Positions 30,210 through 38,995 of a DNA stretch of 64,000 nt are shown one piece after another. The notes under the pieces were generated by a model, which was not told where the DNA came from, did not search any database, and saw only the letters and a program-made list of their open reading frames with translations. The first letter of the stretch is position 1, and every line of letters begins with the position of its first letter. This DNA is from Pseudomonadota bacterium (GTDB taxonomy: Bacteria > Pseudomonadota > Alphaproteobacteria > Rhodospirillales > Rhodospirillaceae). The stretch is from NCBI GenBank assembly GCA_020160875.1, contig JAIUPE010000002.1, forward strand, positions 84-64,083, read 5' to 3'. The position numbers and the translations under genes are program-made.

Positions 30210-30485
30210 TTAGGACGTTTTGTCCCCGGCGGATCCAGCCTGTTCCGGTTCCTGTTTGATGGCGCCTTGATAGAGACGGGCGGTCTTGCCTTCGAAGGTC
30301 GCCAGCACGAAGCGATTGCCGTTTTCGTCGCGGCCGAAATCCACCGCGATGGCATTCTTCTCAAGCGCGGCGATGACCTCGCTCTCGGGCCGGCCAAACG
30401 CCTTGCCGATCGACGCCACCAGGGCGGCGATCTCGTTATACATCTCGCGATTCTCTGGCGGCTTCGGCGGCGTATCGTGTGGCAT
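30210..30485 (-). CDS. Small hypothetical protein (91 aa)
   Basis: This is the 3' part of the tracked ORF 30210-31124. It has strong GC3 codon bias from Met 'MPHDTPPKPP', but the SD is weak. The upstream part of the tracked ORF is antisense to the fasciclin gene. Confidence 0.5.
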   Translation of the reverse strand: MPHDTPPKPPENREMYNEIAALVASIGKAFGRPESEVIAALEKNAIAVDFGRDENGNRFVLATFEGKTARLYQGAIKQEPEQAGSAGDKTS

Positions 30486-30626
30486 GGCGAGGCTTCTATC
30501 CCTGTTCTCGAAACGGAGGAAGATGTCTCCTCCTTTTTTTATGCCCCCTTTTTTTATCAGCCGTGTCGTTTGCGTCGCCGCGACTCCGCGTGGCAAGCTC
30601 ATCCTCTCAGGTGGTGGGGTCCTTGG

Positions 30627-31109
30627 ATGATAAAGCGGTTTGTTCTCGTTCTCGTTCTTTTCGGCGCGCCGTCTTTCGCGCCCCCGCCGGCCGCTGCAAA
30701 GGACATCACCGGCACGGCGCTCGACGCGGGCACCTTCACTATTTTTCTGGCTGCGGTGAAGGCGGCGAACCTCGGCGATCTCCTCGCGAGCGAAGGGCCG
30801 CTTACGCTGTTCGCGCCCACCGACGATGCCTTCGCCAAACTCCCGCGCGGCGCCATTCAAGACATGCTGCGCCCCGAGAACCGCGAAAAAACGCGCGCGC
30901 TGCTCATGCACCATATTGTCGCGGGCCGTGTGGTGGCGCGCGATTTCCTCGGTAAGCGCATGGAAGCCGCGATGGCGGACGGCACCCTGGTGCTGATCGA
31001 CGCGACCAAGATTGTGATGGTCGGAGACGCGCGTCTCGTTAAGGCCGACATCCCCGCCGACAATGGCATCATTCATGTCATCGACACCATCCTCATGCCG
31101 AAGAAGTGA
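30627..31109 (+). CDS. Fasciclin (FAS1) domain protein, secreted
   Basis: Signal peptide 'MIKRFVLVLVLFGAPSFA', 'LTLFAPTDDAF' and 'ADNGIIHVIDTIL'. Confidence 0.85.
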   Translation: MIKRFVLVLVLFGAPSFAPPPAAAKDITGTALDAGTFTIFLAAVKAANLGDLLASEGPLTLFAPTDDAFAKLPRGAIQDMLRPENREKTRALLMHHIVAGRVVARDFLGKRMEAAMADGTLVLIDATKIVMVGDARLVKADIPADNGIIHVIDTILMPKK

Positions 31110-31969
31110 ATCCTTTGGCCGCACCCTCGATCAAGTTCGTTTCCTATGAGTACAACCACGGGCCCAGCTTCGGGGCCGTGGTCGGGAACGACATTGTCGA
31201 TCTTAGTGACGCCGGCCCATCGCTGCGCGCTGTGCTCGCCGGCGGCCCCGTCATGAATCTCGAAGCGGTGGCGGCGCGCCGGAAGCCGACGGTCGCCCTC
31301 GATCACGTCGTGTTGCTGCAAGTCGTGCCCGATGCCGGGCGCGTTATCTGCGTTGGCAATAACTATCCGAAAGGCAACAATCCGGCCGGCACCGACGCAA
31401 GCACCCCGCCCGTCCTATTCATGCGCACACCGCAGTCGCTTGTGGGACATCGCCAATCCATCGTTTGCCCAAGCGCCTCCGGTGAATACGATTTCGAAGG
31501 CGAACTTGCTGTGATCATCGGCAAGGGCGGCCGGCGCATCCCGCCCGAACGCTCCCTCAGTCACGTCGCCGGATACACCTGTTTCCTCGACGGCTGTGTG
31601 CGCGACTATCAGAAACACTCCCTGACCGCCGGAAAGAACTTCGATTCCTCCGGCGCCTGTGGCCCGTGGCTGGTGCCCGCCGGCGCGATCGCCGATCCGC
31701 AGGACCTTATGCTGACCACACGTCTCAACGGCGAGATCATGCAGCAATCCTCGACGGGCGCCATGTTGCGCTCCGTCGCCGCGATCATCTCCTATATTTC
31801 CATCTTCACCCACCTCGAAGCGGGCGACGTCATCGCCACCGGTTCGCCGGCCGGCGCGGGCATCAACCGCACGCCGCCGCGCTGGCTGCGTCCCGGGGAT
31901 CGCATCGAAGTGGAGATCGAGGAGATCGGCGTGCTCGCCAATACCGTCATCTCAGAGCCGAACGTATAG
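31106..31969 (+). CDS. Fumarylacetoacetate hydrolase (FAH) family protein
   Basis: 'FEGELAVIIGKGG', 'GYTCFLD...R' and 'GDVIATGSPAG'. GTG start overlapping the fasciclin stop. Confidence 0.8.
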   Translation: MNPLAAPSIKFVSYEYNHGPSFGAVVGNDIVDLSDAGPSLRAVLAGGPVMNLEAVAARRKPTVALDHVVLLQVVPDAGRVICVGNNYPKGNNPAGTDASTPPVLFMRTPQSLVGHRQSIVCPSASGEYDFEGELAVIIGKGGRRIPPERSLSHVAGYTCFLDGCVRDYQKHSLTAGKNFDSSGACGPWLVPAGAIADPQDLMLTTRLNGEIMQQSSTGAMLRSVAAIISYISIFTHLEAGDVIATGSPAGAGINRTPPRWLRPGDRIEVEIEEIGVLANTVISEPNV

Positions 31970-31980
31970 GGACAAAGCCG

Positions 31981-32916
31981 ATGTGGTCTTACTTCGCCAG
32001 GCGGCTCCTCATCGGCATCCCGACACTTCTTGCCGTCGTGCTCTTCTGCTTCTTCCTCATGCGTCTCGCGCCGGGCGGACCTTTTGATGGAGAAGCGCCG
32101 GTGCCGCCCGAAGTGCTCGCGAACCTACGTGCCCGTTATCACCTCGACGATCCGCTCTGGCAGCAGTTTTTCAGTTATCTCGGCAATTTGCTGCGGGGCG
32201 ATTTCGGCCCGTCGTTCAAATACAAGGACTTCACGGTCACCGAGTTGATCGCGCAAGGATTGCCGGTGAGCATCGAAAACGGTCTTTCGGCCATCATTCT
32301 CGCCATTCTCATCGGCCTGCCGCTCGGTATCACTGCGACCCTGTCGCAGAATTCGGCGCGCGACTACGCCGTTTCGGGCCTGGCGATGATCGGCATCGTC
32401 ATTCCCACGTTCGTCACCGGCCAGCTTCTGATCCTCGCCTTCGGCGTCTGGCTCAAGGGCACGCCCTTTCAGCTTCCGGCCGGCGGCTGGAACGACGGCG
32501 CGTTCCTCAACCGCATCCTGCCCGTCACCGTGCTCGCGCTTCCTTTCGTCGCCTATATCGCGCGTATTTCGCGCGCCAGTATGATCGAGGCACTGCGTAC
32601 GAACTTCGTGCGCACGGCGCGCGCGAAGGGTCTGCCTTATCGCACCGTTGTCCTGCGCCACGCGCTGAAGTCGGCGTTGACGCCCGTCGTCACGTTCCTC
32701 GGCCCCGCCACCGCCTTCCTGCTCACGGGCTCCATGGTCATCGAGACGATTTTTCAGATTCCCGGCATTGGCCGTTACTTCGTGCAAGGCGCGCTGAACC
32801 GCGACTATACGTTGGTCATGGGTGTCACCATCGTCGGCGCCGCCTTCGTCATCGTCGCCAATCTGATTGTCGACATGCTCTACGCCGTGCTCGATCCAAA
32901 GGTGCGTTATGAGTAG
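31981..32916 (+). CDS. ABC transporter permease (peptide/glutathione PepT family, DppB/OppB-like)
   Basis: 'MWSYFARRLL', 'FLMRLAPGGPF' and EAA loop 'YIARISRASMIEALRTNFVRTARAKG'. Confidence 0.9.
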   Translation: MWSYFARRLLIGIPTLLAVVLFCFFLMRLAPGGPFDGEAPVPPEVLANLRARYHLDDPLWQQFFSYLGNLLRGDFGPSFKYKDFTVTELIAQGLPVSIENGLSAIILAILIGLPLGITATLSQNSARDYAVSGLAMIGIVIPTFVTGQLLILAFGVWLKGTPFQLPAGGWNDGAFLNRILPVTVLALPFVAYIARISRASMIEALRTNFVRTARAKGLPYRTVVLRHALKSALTPVVTFLGPATAFLLTGSMVIETIFQIPGIGRYFVQGALNRDYTLVMGVTIVGAAFVIVANLIVDMLYAVLDPKVRYE

Positions 32917-33820
32917 CGTCAACATGACATCGGCGCACGGCGCTGCGCTCACGTCCGCTGGTGAGGTCGATGGCCGCAGTCTTTGGCAAGATGCATGGCG
33001 TCGTCTCAAGCGCAATCGTGCCGCGCTCGCCAGCATGATCGTTCTCGGGGTTATCGCCGCCGTTTGCCTCATCGGCCCCTACACGCTGCCGTGGCCTTAT
33101 GATGCGATTGATTGGGACCATGTGGAAGCCATGCCGCCCAACATGGAGCTTGGTCACTATCTCGGTACCGATTCCGTAGGCCGCGATCTTCTCGCGCGCA
33201 CCCTCGTCGGCGGGCGCGTCTCGCTCATGGTCGGCGTGCTCGCGACTCTGGTTGCGTTGTTCATCGGCGTCACCGTGGGCGCCATCGCGGGCTTCATCGG
33301 CGGGCGCGTCGATCAACTGCTCATGCGTCTGGTCGATCTTCTCTACTCTGTCCCGCTGACCTTCTTCGTGATCATCCTCATGGTGATGTTCGGGCGCAAC
33401 TTCATCCTCATGTTCCTGGCGATCGGCGCCGTGGAATGGCTCACTATGGCGCGCATCGTGCGCGGCCAGACGCTGTCCTTAAAATCCAAGGAGTTCATCG
33501 AAGCCGCGCGCGCTTCGGGCGGATCGACGGCCGGCATTATCCTGCGCCACATCGTGCCCAACGTGCTTGGTGTGGTGATCGTCTATGTCACCCTGACCAT
33601 TCCGCAAGTCATTCTCTTGGAAAGCTTCCTCTCCTTCCTCGGTCTTGGCGTGCAGGAGCCGCTCACCAGTTGGGGCGTGCTCCTGAACGAAGGCGCGGCC
33701 GAATTGGAAGTGAACCCGCAAACGCTGATCGTGCCCGCGGTATTCATGACCGCGACGTTGTTCTGCTTCAACTTCCTCGGCGACGGTTTGCGCGACGCCC
33801 TTGATCCCAAAGATCGTTAG
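32909..33820 (+). CDS. ABC transporter permease (DppC/OppC-like)
   Basis: 'LGTDSVGRDLLAR' and 'EFIEAARASG'. Overlaps the upstream permease gene. Confidence 0.9.
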   Translation: MSSVNMTSAHGAALTSAGEVDGRSLWQDAWRRLKRNRAALASMIVLGVIAAVCLIGPYTLPWPYDAIDWDHVEAMPPNMELGHYLGTDSVGRDLLARTLVGGRVSLMVGVLATLVALFIGVTVGAIAGFIGGRVDQLLMRLVDLLYSVPLTFFVIILMVMFGRNFILMFLAIGAVEWLTMARIVRGQTLSLKSKEFIEAARASGGSTAGIILRHIVPNVLGVVIVYVTLTIPQVILLESFLSFLGLGVQEPLTSWGVLLNEGAAELEVNPQTLIVPAVFMTATLFCFNFLGDGLRDALDPKDR

Positions 33821-33833
33821 GAGCACCGCTGAG

Positions 33834-34817
33834 ATGACCCAGCGTATCCTCGACATCAGCGATCTCAACGTGCGCTTCGCCACCGAAGATGGTGAAGTCG
33901 CGGCCGTCAGCGACGTCTCGCTTCATGTGAACAAGGGCGAGTGTCTGGGCATCGTAGGCGAGTCCGGTTCTGGCAAAAGCCAAACCTTCATGGCCGTCAT
34001 GGGCCTGCTTGCGGCCAACGGCAAAGCGACGGGGTCGGCGCGCTTCGGCGAGATCGATCTTCTCAAGGCCAATGAACACACCCTCAACACCGTACGCGGC
34101 AATCGCCTCGCCATGGTATTCCAGGACCCGATGACGGCGCTCACGCCGCACATGAGAGTCGGGCGCCAGCTTACCGAAGTGCTCGAGCGTCACCGCGGAA
34201 TGGACACGAAAGCCGCGCGCGCCGAAGCTGTCGCCATGATGGCGCGCGTGCAAATTACTGAACCCGAGCGCCGCTTCGCCATGTACCCGCATGAACTGTC
34301 CGGCGGCTTGAGACAACGAATCGTGCTCGCCATGGCGCTGCTCTGTGGACCTGAACTCGTCATCGCCGACGAGCCCACCACCGCGCTCGACGTGACGGTG
34401 CAGGCGCTCATCCTCGATCTCATGCGCGAGCTGAAGGAAAAGCACGGCACCGGCTTCGTGCTCATCACCCACGATCTCGGCGTTGTCGCCGGCCTCGCGG
34501 ACCGGGTCGCGGTGATGTACGCGGGCCGCGTCGTGGAGAATGCAAGCGTCGCGGAGATTTTCGCCGCGCCGCGTCATCCTTACACGAAAGGGCTTCTCGC
34601 CTGCACGCCGCGCCTCACCGACGCCCCCACCGCCGTGCTGCCCACCATTCCCGGCCAACCGCCGAATTTGCAGAAACTGCCCTCTGGCTGCAGTTTCCAT
34701 CCACGCTGCGCCGCCGTCTTCGACCGCTGCCGCGCCGAGCGCCCCGCGCTCGCCGAGGGCGGCACGCTCAATGCTTGCTTCCTCAATCACAGCGTCGCGG
34801 CAGGGGGGGCGGCATGA
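33834..34817 (+). CDS. ABC transporter ATP-binding protein (DppD/OppD-like)
   Basis: 'GESGSGKS', 'LSGGLRQR', 'IADEPTTALD' and the oligopeptide C-terminal Cys motif 'CSFHPRC'. Confidence 0.9.
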   Translation: MTQRILDISDLNVRFATEDGEVAAVSDVSLHVNKGECLGIVGESGSGKSQTFMAVMGLLAANGKATGSARFGEIDLLKANEHTLNTVRGNRLAMVFQDPMTALTPHMRVGRQLTEVLERHRGMDTKAARAEAVAMMARVQITEPERRFAMYPHELSGGLRQRIVLAMALLCGPELVIADEPTTALDVTVQALILDLMRELKEKHGTGFVLITHDLGVVAGLADRVAVMYAGRVVENASVAEIFAAPRHPYTKGLLACTPRLTDAPTAVLPTIPGQPPNLQKLPSGCSFHPRCAAVFDRCRAERPALAEGGTLNACFLNHSVAAGGAA

Positions 34818-35812
34818 GCGAGACCGTGCTCGAAGTGAAGGACCTCAAGGTCCACTACCCGGTGCGCACCGGCGGCCTCATCGTCGGCCGCTATACGCCA
34901 CTGAAGGCCCTCGACGGCGTCAGTTTCGAACTCAAGGCCGGTGAGACTTTGGGCGTCGTCGGCGAATCCGGTTGCGGCAAATCCACCTTGGGGCGGGCCG
35001 TGCTTCAGCTTCTAACCGCCACGGGCGGCGCCGTCGCTTGGCTCGGACGTACGCTCACCGCTTTGGATGCGAAGGAACTGAAGGCCGAGCGCGAACACAT
35101 GCAGATCGTGTTCCAGGATCCCCTCGCGAGCCTGGACCCGCGCATGACCGCCGGCGACATCATCGCCGAACCCTTGCGTAACTATCGTCCCGCCATGTCC
35201 AAGGCCGAAATGAAGTCCAAGGTGAAGGACATGATGGTGCGCGTTGGCCTGCATCCGGCCATGATCAACCGCTACCCGCACGAATTCTCCGGCGGCCAGT
35301 GCCAGCGCATCGGCATCGCGCGGGCGATGATTTTGGATCCGAAGCTCGTGGTCTGTGACGAGCCCGTGAGCGCTTTGGACGTGTCGATCCGCGCGCAGGT
35401 CGTGAATCTGCTCATGGAACTGCAACGCGCCATGAACCTGACGATGATCTTCATCAGTCATGATCTCTCCATCGTGCGTCACATCTCGCATCGGGTCATG
35501 GTGCTCTATCTCGGCAAGACGATGGAAATCGCGCCGCGTGATGCGCTCTACGCGGACCCGCGCCATCCCTACACCCAGGCGCTGCTGTCGGCGGTGCCGG
35601 TGCCCGATCCGTCGGTCGCGCGGGCGCGTCCGCGTATTCCTCTCGCCGGAGAGCTTCCGTCACCGCTAAACCCTCCCTCGGGCTGCGTTTTTCGCACCCG
35701 CTGCCCGCGCGCGACCGCCGTCTGCGCCGCGCTTGTTCCGCCACAGGAGCAGCCCGGCGCAGGCCATGACGTCTGGTGTCATCACTGGCGGGAAACTAAA
35801 GTAGCCCCATGA
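34814..35812 (+). CDS. ABC transporter ATP-binding protein (DppF/OppF-like)
   Basis: 'GESGCGKST', '[14 protein letters not shown]', '[10 protein letters not shown]' and 'GCVFRTRCP'. Confidence 0.9.
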   Translation: MSETVLEVKDLKVHYPVRTGGLIVGRYTPLKALDGVSFELKAGETLGVVGESGCGKSTLGRAVLQLLTATGGAVAWLGRTLTALDAKELKAEREHMQIVFQDPLASLDPRMTAGDIIAEPLRNYRPAMSKAEMKSKVKDMMVRVGLHPAMINRYPHEFSGGQCQRIGIARAMILDPKLVVCDEPVSALDVSIRAQVVNLLMELQRAMNLTMIFISHDLSIVRHISHRVMVLYLGKTMEIAPRDALYADPRHPYTQALLSAVPVPDPSVARARPRIPLAGELPSPLNPPSGCVFRTRCPRATAVCAALVPPQEQPGAGHDVWCHHWRETKVAP

Positions 35813-37554
35813 AAACACTCCTCCGCACCGTTTCCGCTTTTGTCATCCTCGCGATGACCGGCTCGGCTTTCGCGCAGATCCCGAAACCCGAGGCGTCCGA
35901 TCCGGAAGCCTTCACGGGACGCTCGGAACCTAAAAGCGGGACCGGCAAGGAATGGATGGTCGCAGCGGCGAATCCGCTCGCGGTTCAGGCGGGCGCGGAT
36001 ATCCTTGCCGCCGGCGGCTCGGCGCTGGACGCCGCGATCGCGGTGAACCTCGTCCTCAATCTGGTCGAACCGCAGTCGTCGGGCATCGGCGGCGGCGCGT
36101 TCATCGTGCATTGGGACGCCAAGGCGTCTTCACTGCGCACCTATGACGGCCGTGAAGAGGCGCCCAAGGCCGCCGAAGAGAATCGCTTCCTGACCAAGGA
36201 CGGGAAGCCCATGGGTCGCATGCAGGCGATTGTGGGCGGAAAATCGGTGGGCGTTCCCGGTCTTGTGCGCGTCATGGAACTCGCGCACAAAAATCACGGC
36301 AAGCTCCCGTGGGCGCGGCTGTTCCAGCCTGCCATCGCTCTTGCGGAAAATGGTTTCGCGATTTCGCCGCGCCTCAACGCGCTGCTCGCGAGTGATCGCA
36401 ATCTTGCGCAGATCGAACCGGCGCGTTCGTTCTATTACGACGGCAATGGCCAGGCGAAAGCCGCGGGCACCATTCTCAAGAGTCCCGCCTTCGCCGCCAC
36501 CTTGCGCGAAATCGCAACCAAGGGCGCGGACGCTTTCTATACCGGCGCCATCGCCGCGGACATTGTGCAGACCGTCGATTCAGCGGCGCAGAATCCCGGC
36601 GACATGACCCTTGACGACTTGAAAGCCTACAAGGCCGTCGAACGTCCGCCCGTCTGCGGCAGCTATCGCACCTATAAGGTCTGCGGCATGGGCCCGCCGT
36701 CGTCGGGCGGGATCGGCGTGATCCAAAGCCTTGCGATCCTGGAGCCGCATAACCTGCGGGCCCTCGGCCCCAAATCGCCGATCTCCTATCATCTGATGGC
36801 CGAAGCGGGCCGCCTCTCCTTTGCCGATCGCGCCGTCTACATGGCCGATCCGGATTCCGTGCCCGTGCCCACCGAAGCGCTCATCGCGCCCGACTATCTC
36901 AAGGCGCGCGCCGCGCTGGTGAAGGAAGACCAGCGCCTTCCGGTGGCTGAAGCCGGTAAGGTCCCGGCCAAACACGCCTTCGTGACGGCCGACAGTCCAG
37001 AGCTTCCCTCCACCACGCATTTCTCCATCGTCGACCGCGACGGCAACGCCGTCGCGATGACCAGCACCATCGAAAGCGGCTTCGGCTCGCGTTTGATGAC
37101 CAAGGGCGGGTTCATCCTCAACAATCAGCTCACGGACTTCTCCTATGAAGACGTGGCCGAGAAGCGCACGGTTGCCAACCGCGTCGCCGGCGACAAGCGC
37201 CCGCGCAGCTCCATGACGCCGACCATCGTCTTCAACAAGGACGGCAAGCTCGAAATGGTGCTCGGCTCGCCGGGCGGTCCGGCCATCGTCGGTTTCGTGG
37301 TGAAAACCCTCGTCGCCATGATCGATTGGGACATGTCGCCCGCCAACGCCGCCGCGTCGCCCTTCGTGCTCGGCATGGGCAACAACGTCACGCTTGAAGA
37401 AGGCCTCGCGCCGATGAAGGCCGATCTTGAGAAGCTTGGTCACACCGTGCGCGTCAACAATTCCGCCAGCGGTATCCACGCGATTCGCGTCACCAAAGAC
37501 GGCCTCGTCGGTGGCGCCGACCCGCGCCGCGAAGGTGTTGTGATCGGTCACTAG
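35809..37554 (+). CDS. ggt: Gamma-glutamyltransferase
   Basis: Signal peptide. 'GGNAVDAA'-like 'GGSALDAAIAVNLVLNLVEPQSSGIGGG'. Autoprocessing site 'STTHFSIVD'. Overlaps the oppF-like stop. Confidence 0.9.
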   Translation: MKTLLRTVSAFVILAMTGSAFAQIPKPEASDPEAFTGRSEPKSGTGKEWMVAAANPLAVQAGADILAAGGSALDAAIAVNLVLNLVEPQSSGIGGGAFIVHWDAKASSLRTYDGREEAPKAAEENRFLTKDGKPMGRMQAIVGGKSVGVPGLVRVMELAHKNHGKLPWARLFQPAIALAENGFAISPRLNALLASDRNLAQIEPARSFYYDGNGQAKAAGTILKSPAFAATLREIATKGADAFYTGAIAADIVQTVDSAAQNPGDMTLDDLKAYKAVERPPVCGSYRTYKVCGMGPPSSGGIGVIQSLAILEPHNLRALGPKSPISYHLMAEAGRLSFADRAVYMADPDSVPVPTEALIAPDYLKARAALVKEDQRLPVAEAGKVPAKHAFVTADSPELPSTTHFSIVDRDGNAVAMTSTIESGFGSRLMTKGGFILNNQLTDFSYEDVAEKRTVANRVAGDKRPRSSMTPTIVFNKDGKLEMVLGSPGGPAIVGFVVKTLVAMIDWDMSPANAAASPFVLGMGNNVTLEEGLAPMKADLEKLGHTVRVNNSASGIHAIRVTKDGLVGGADPRREGVVIGH

Positions 37555-37718
37555 CTCCCATGTGTCATCCTGGCGAAGAGCACGGCCTTAGCCGTTTTCG
37601 CCTGCCATTAGAGCGCAAGAGACAGTGAGTGCTTTCTCGAACGGACGCTGTCGGCGGCGTTCACGCGTGAGCACGGTCCCGTAATGCGAATCAACGCCTC
37701 GCTTCGCGTGTCTCGTGT

Positions 37719-37824
37719 CCTAGAGCGCGTTCCGGCGAAGTGGAAGCCGGTTCGCCGTAGAACGCGCGACCAAATAAGAATCTAGGGTGTGTTGGCGATT
37801 CGACATTACTTCAACACGCCCTAG
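37719..37824. repeat. Intergenic repeat element with terminal CTAG-bounded hairpin
   Basis: CCTAGAGCGCG...GAAGTGGAAGCCGGTTCGCC...CAAATAAGAATCTAGGGTGTGTTG-loop-CAACACGCCCTAG, with inverted repeats at 37782-37794 and 37812-37824. A related sequence occurs at 40693-40766. Confidence 0.55.
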
Positions 37825-37864
37825 CGGCGCGTTCCATGCGCGCGGCGCATAAGGCTGTGGCCCA

Positions 37865-38440
37865 CTATCTCCCAGCCTGCGTCAGCTCGACCATATGGCC
37901 GTCGGGATCGTAGGCGTAAAGCCGCAGGCCCAGCGGCGCGGCGGTGAAGGCGTTGGGGCCTTTCTCGATGCGCGCGCCGATGCGGTCCAGCGCCGCGTAA
38001 GCGGTCTGCAGGTCGGGCACAACCACGCCGATGATGACGTCCCCCGTGCCGAGGCCCATCAGGTTGCTACGTGCGCTGGCCAGGGGTGGGCGGTCGTACC
38101 ACAGAAGCGCAATCTCGGAAGTTTGGCCTTCGCCTTTCATGACGACGATCCGGCTGCGCGTCGCGTCGGCTGTCAGCGGCAGATCGTCCGCGCCATGGAT
38201 CTGCTGGGCGCCGGTCCGGGCTTCGTCGGAGCTCTTCGAAAGGCCTAGACGCTCATAGAAGGTGATGGACTTCTCGATGTCGGACACCACGAGGGTGACC
38301 CTCGGGATCGTCGCCGCCCGTGCCGCGCCTGCCGAAAGATCGGCGATAAGGCTAAAGAAGAGAGCAAAGAAAAGGAAAGGTGTGCGCACGTAAGGAACTC
38401 GCTGGTTGATCGCGAGGCGAGTGTGGTCCGCGCGCGCCAT
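37865..38440 (-). CDS. VOC/glyoxalase-family protein, probably exported
   Basis: 'VTLVVSDIEKSITFYERLGL' and 'YAYDPDGHMVEL'. Preceded by hydrophobic 'RTPFLFFALFFSLIADLSAGAARA'. The start is either ATG at 38440 or GTG at 38389. The tracked ORF extends to 38761, but that part does not look coding. Confidence 0.7.
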   Translation of the reverse strand: MARADHTRLAINQRVPYVRTPFLFFALFFSLIADLSAGAARAATIPRVTLVVSDIEKSITFYERLGLSKSSDEARTGAQQIHGADDLPLTADATRSRIVVMKGEGQTSEIALLWYDRPPLASARSNLMGLGTGDVIIGVVVPDLQTAYAALDRIGARIEKGPNAFTAAPLGLRLYAYDPDGHMVELTQAGR

Positions 38441-38995
38441 CCTGGCAACAGACTTGAGTGGCTTGAAGTCTTCCTTCGGTGTCGAGGGGTGCGTGCTCCT
38501 GGAACACCGGGCGGCACATGACATATCCCGGCCGTCCGGGACGGCGTTATCAAACCCGGTCGATCGATCCGGCTCATCCGGCGTACCGTCGCTCTGCCGG
38601 TGGCGCTGGTGGGATGGCGCGGAACGTTGTGGGTGGCCGCTGTTCCGCAACACATGACGGAGTGTATCTGGCGCGAGCCGCTCAGCCATAAGCCGGTGCG
38701 GCGTGCCGCCATAGATTTCCATGACGTCGAAAGATCGACGGACGGGATACCGGCGCCCCATGCGCGCCTCTCGTCGGTCGGAGCCTCGGTGATAGGGTGG
38801 GTTAGCTGGGCTATGACCGCGATGTTCAGGCCCCGTAACGGGGGAGCTGGCAGCTCTGTGCTATCCGGCCCCTTATGTGCCGCCAGACCGCCACCGGGGG
38901 GCGAAATCCTCCCCTGGCGCTTCACGCGACGGGTAGGCATGGCGGACTATTATTGCTAAGAACCTCAAAGACATCCCTTTGACTCGATAGTACCC

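Noticed and set aside
30486-31124. 5' two-thirds of the tracked 304-aa ORF 30210-31124
   Set aside because: This portion is antisense to the fasciclin gene and is Arg/Glu-rich. Only the 3' 276 nt (the 91-aa ORF) show coding-type GC3 bias.
33768-34790. 340-aa minus-strand ORF
   Set aside because: It is antisense to the DppD/OppD-like ATPase, which has intact Walker and signature motifs.
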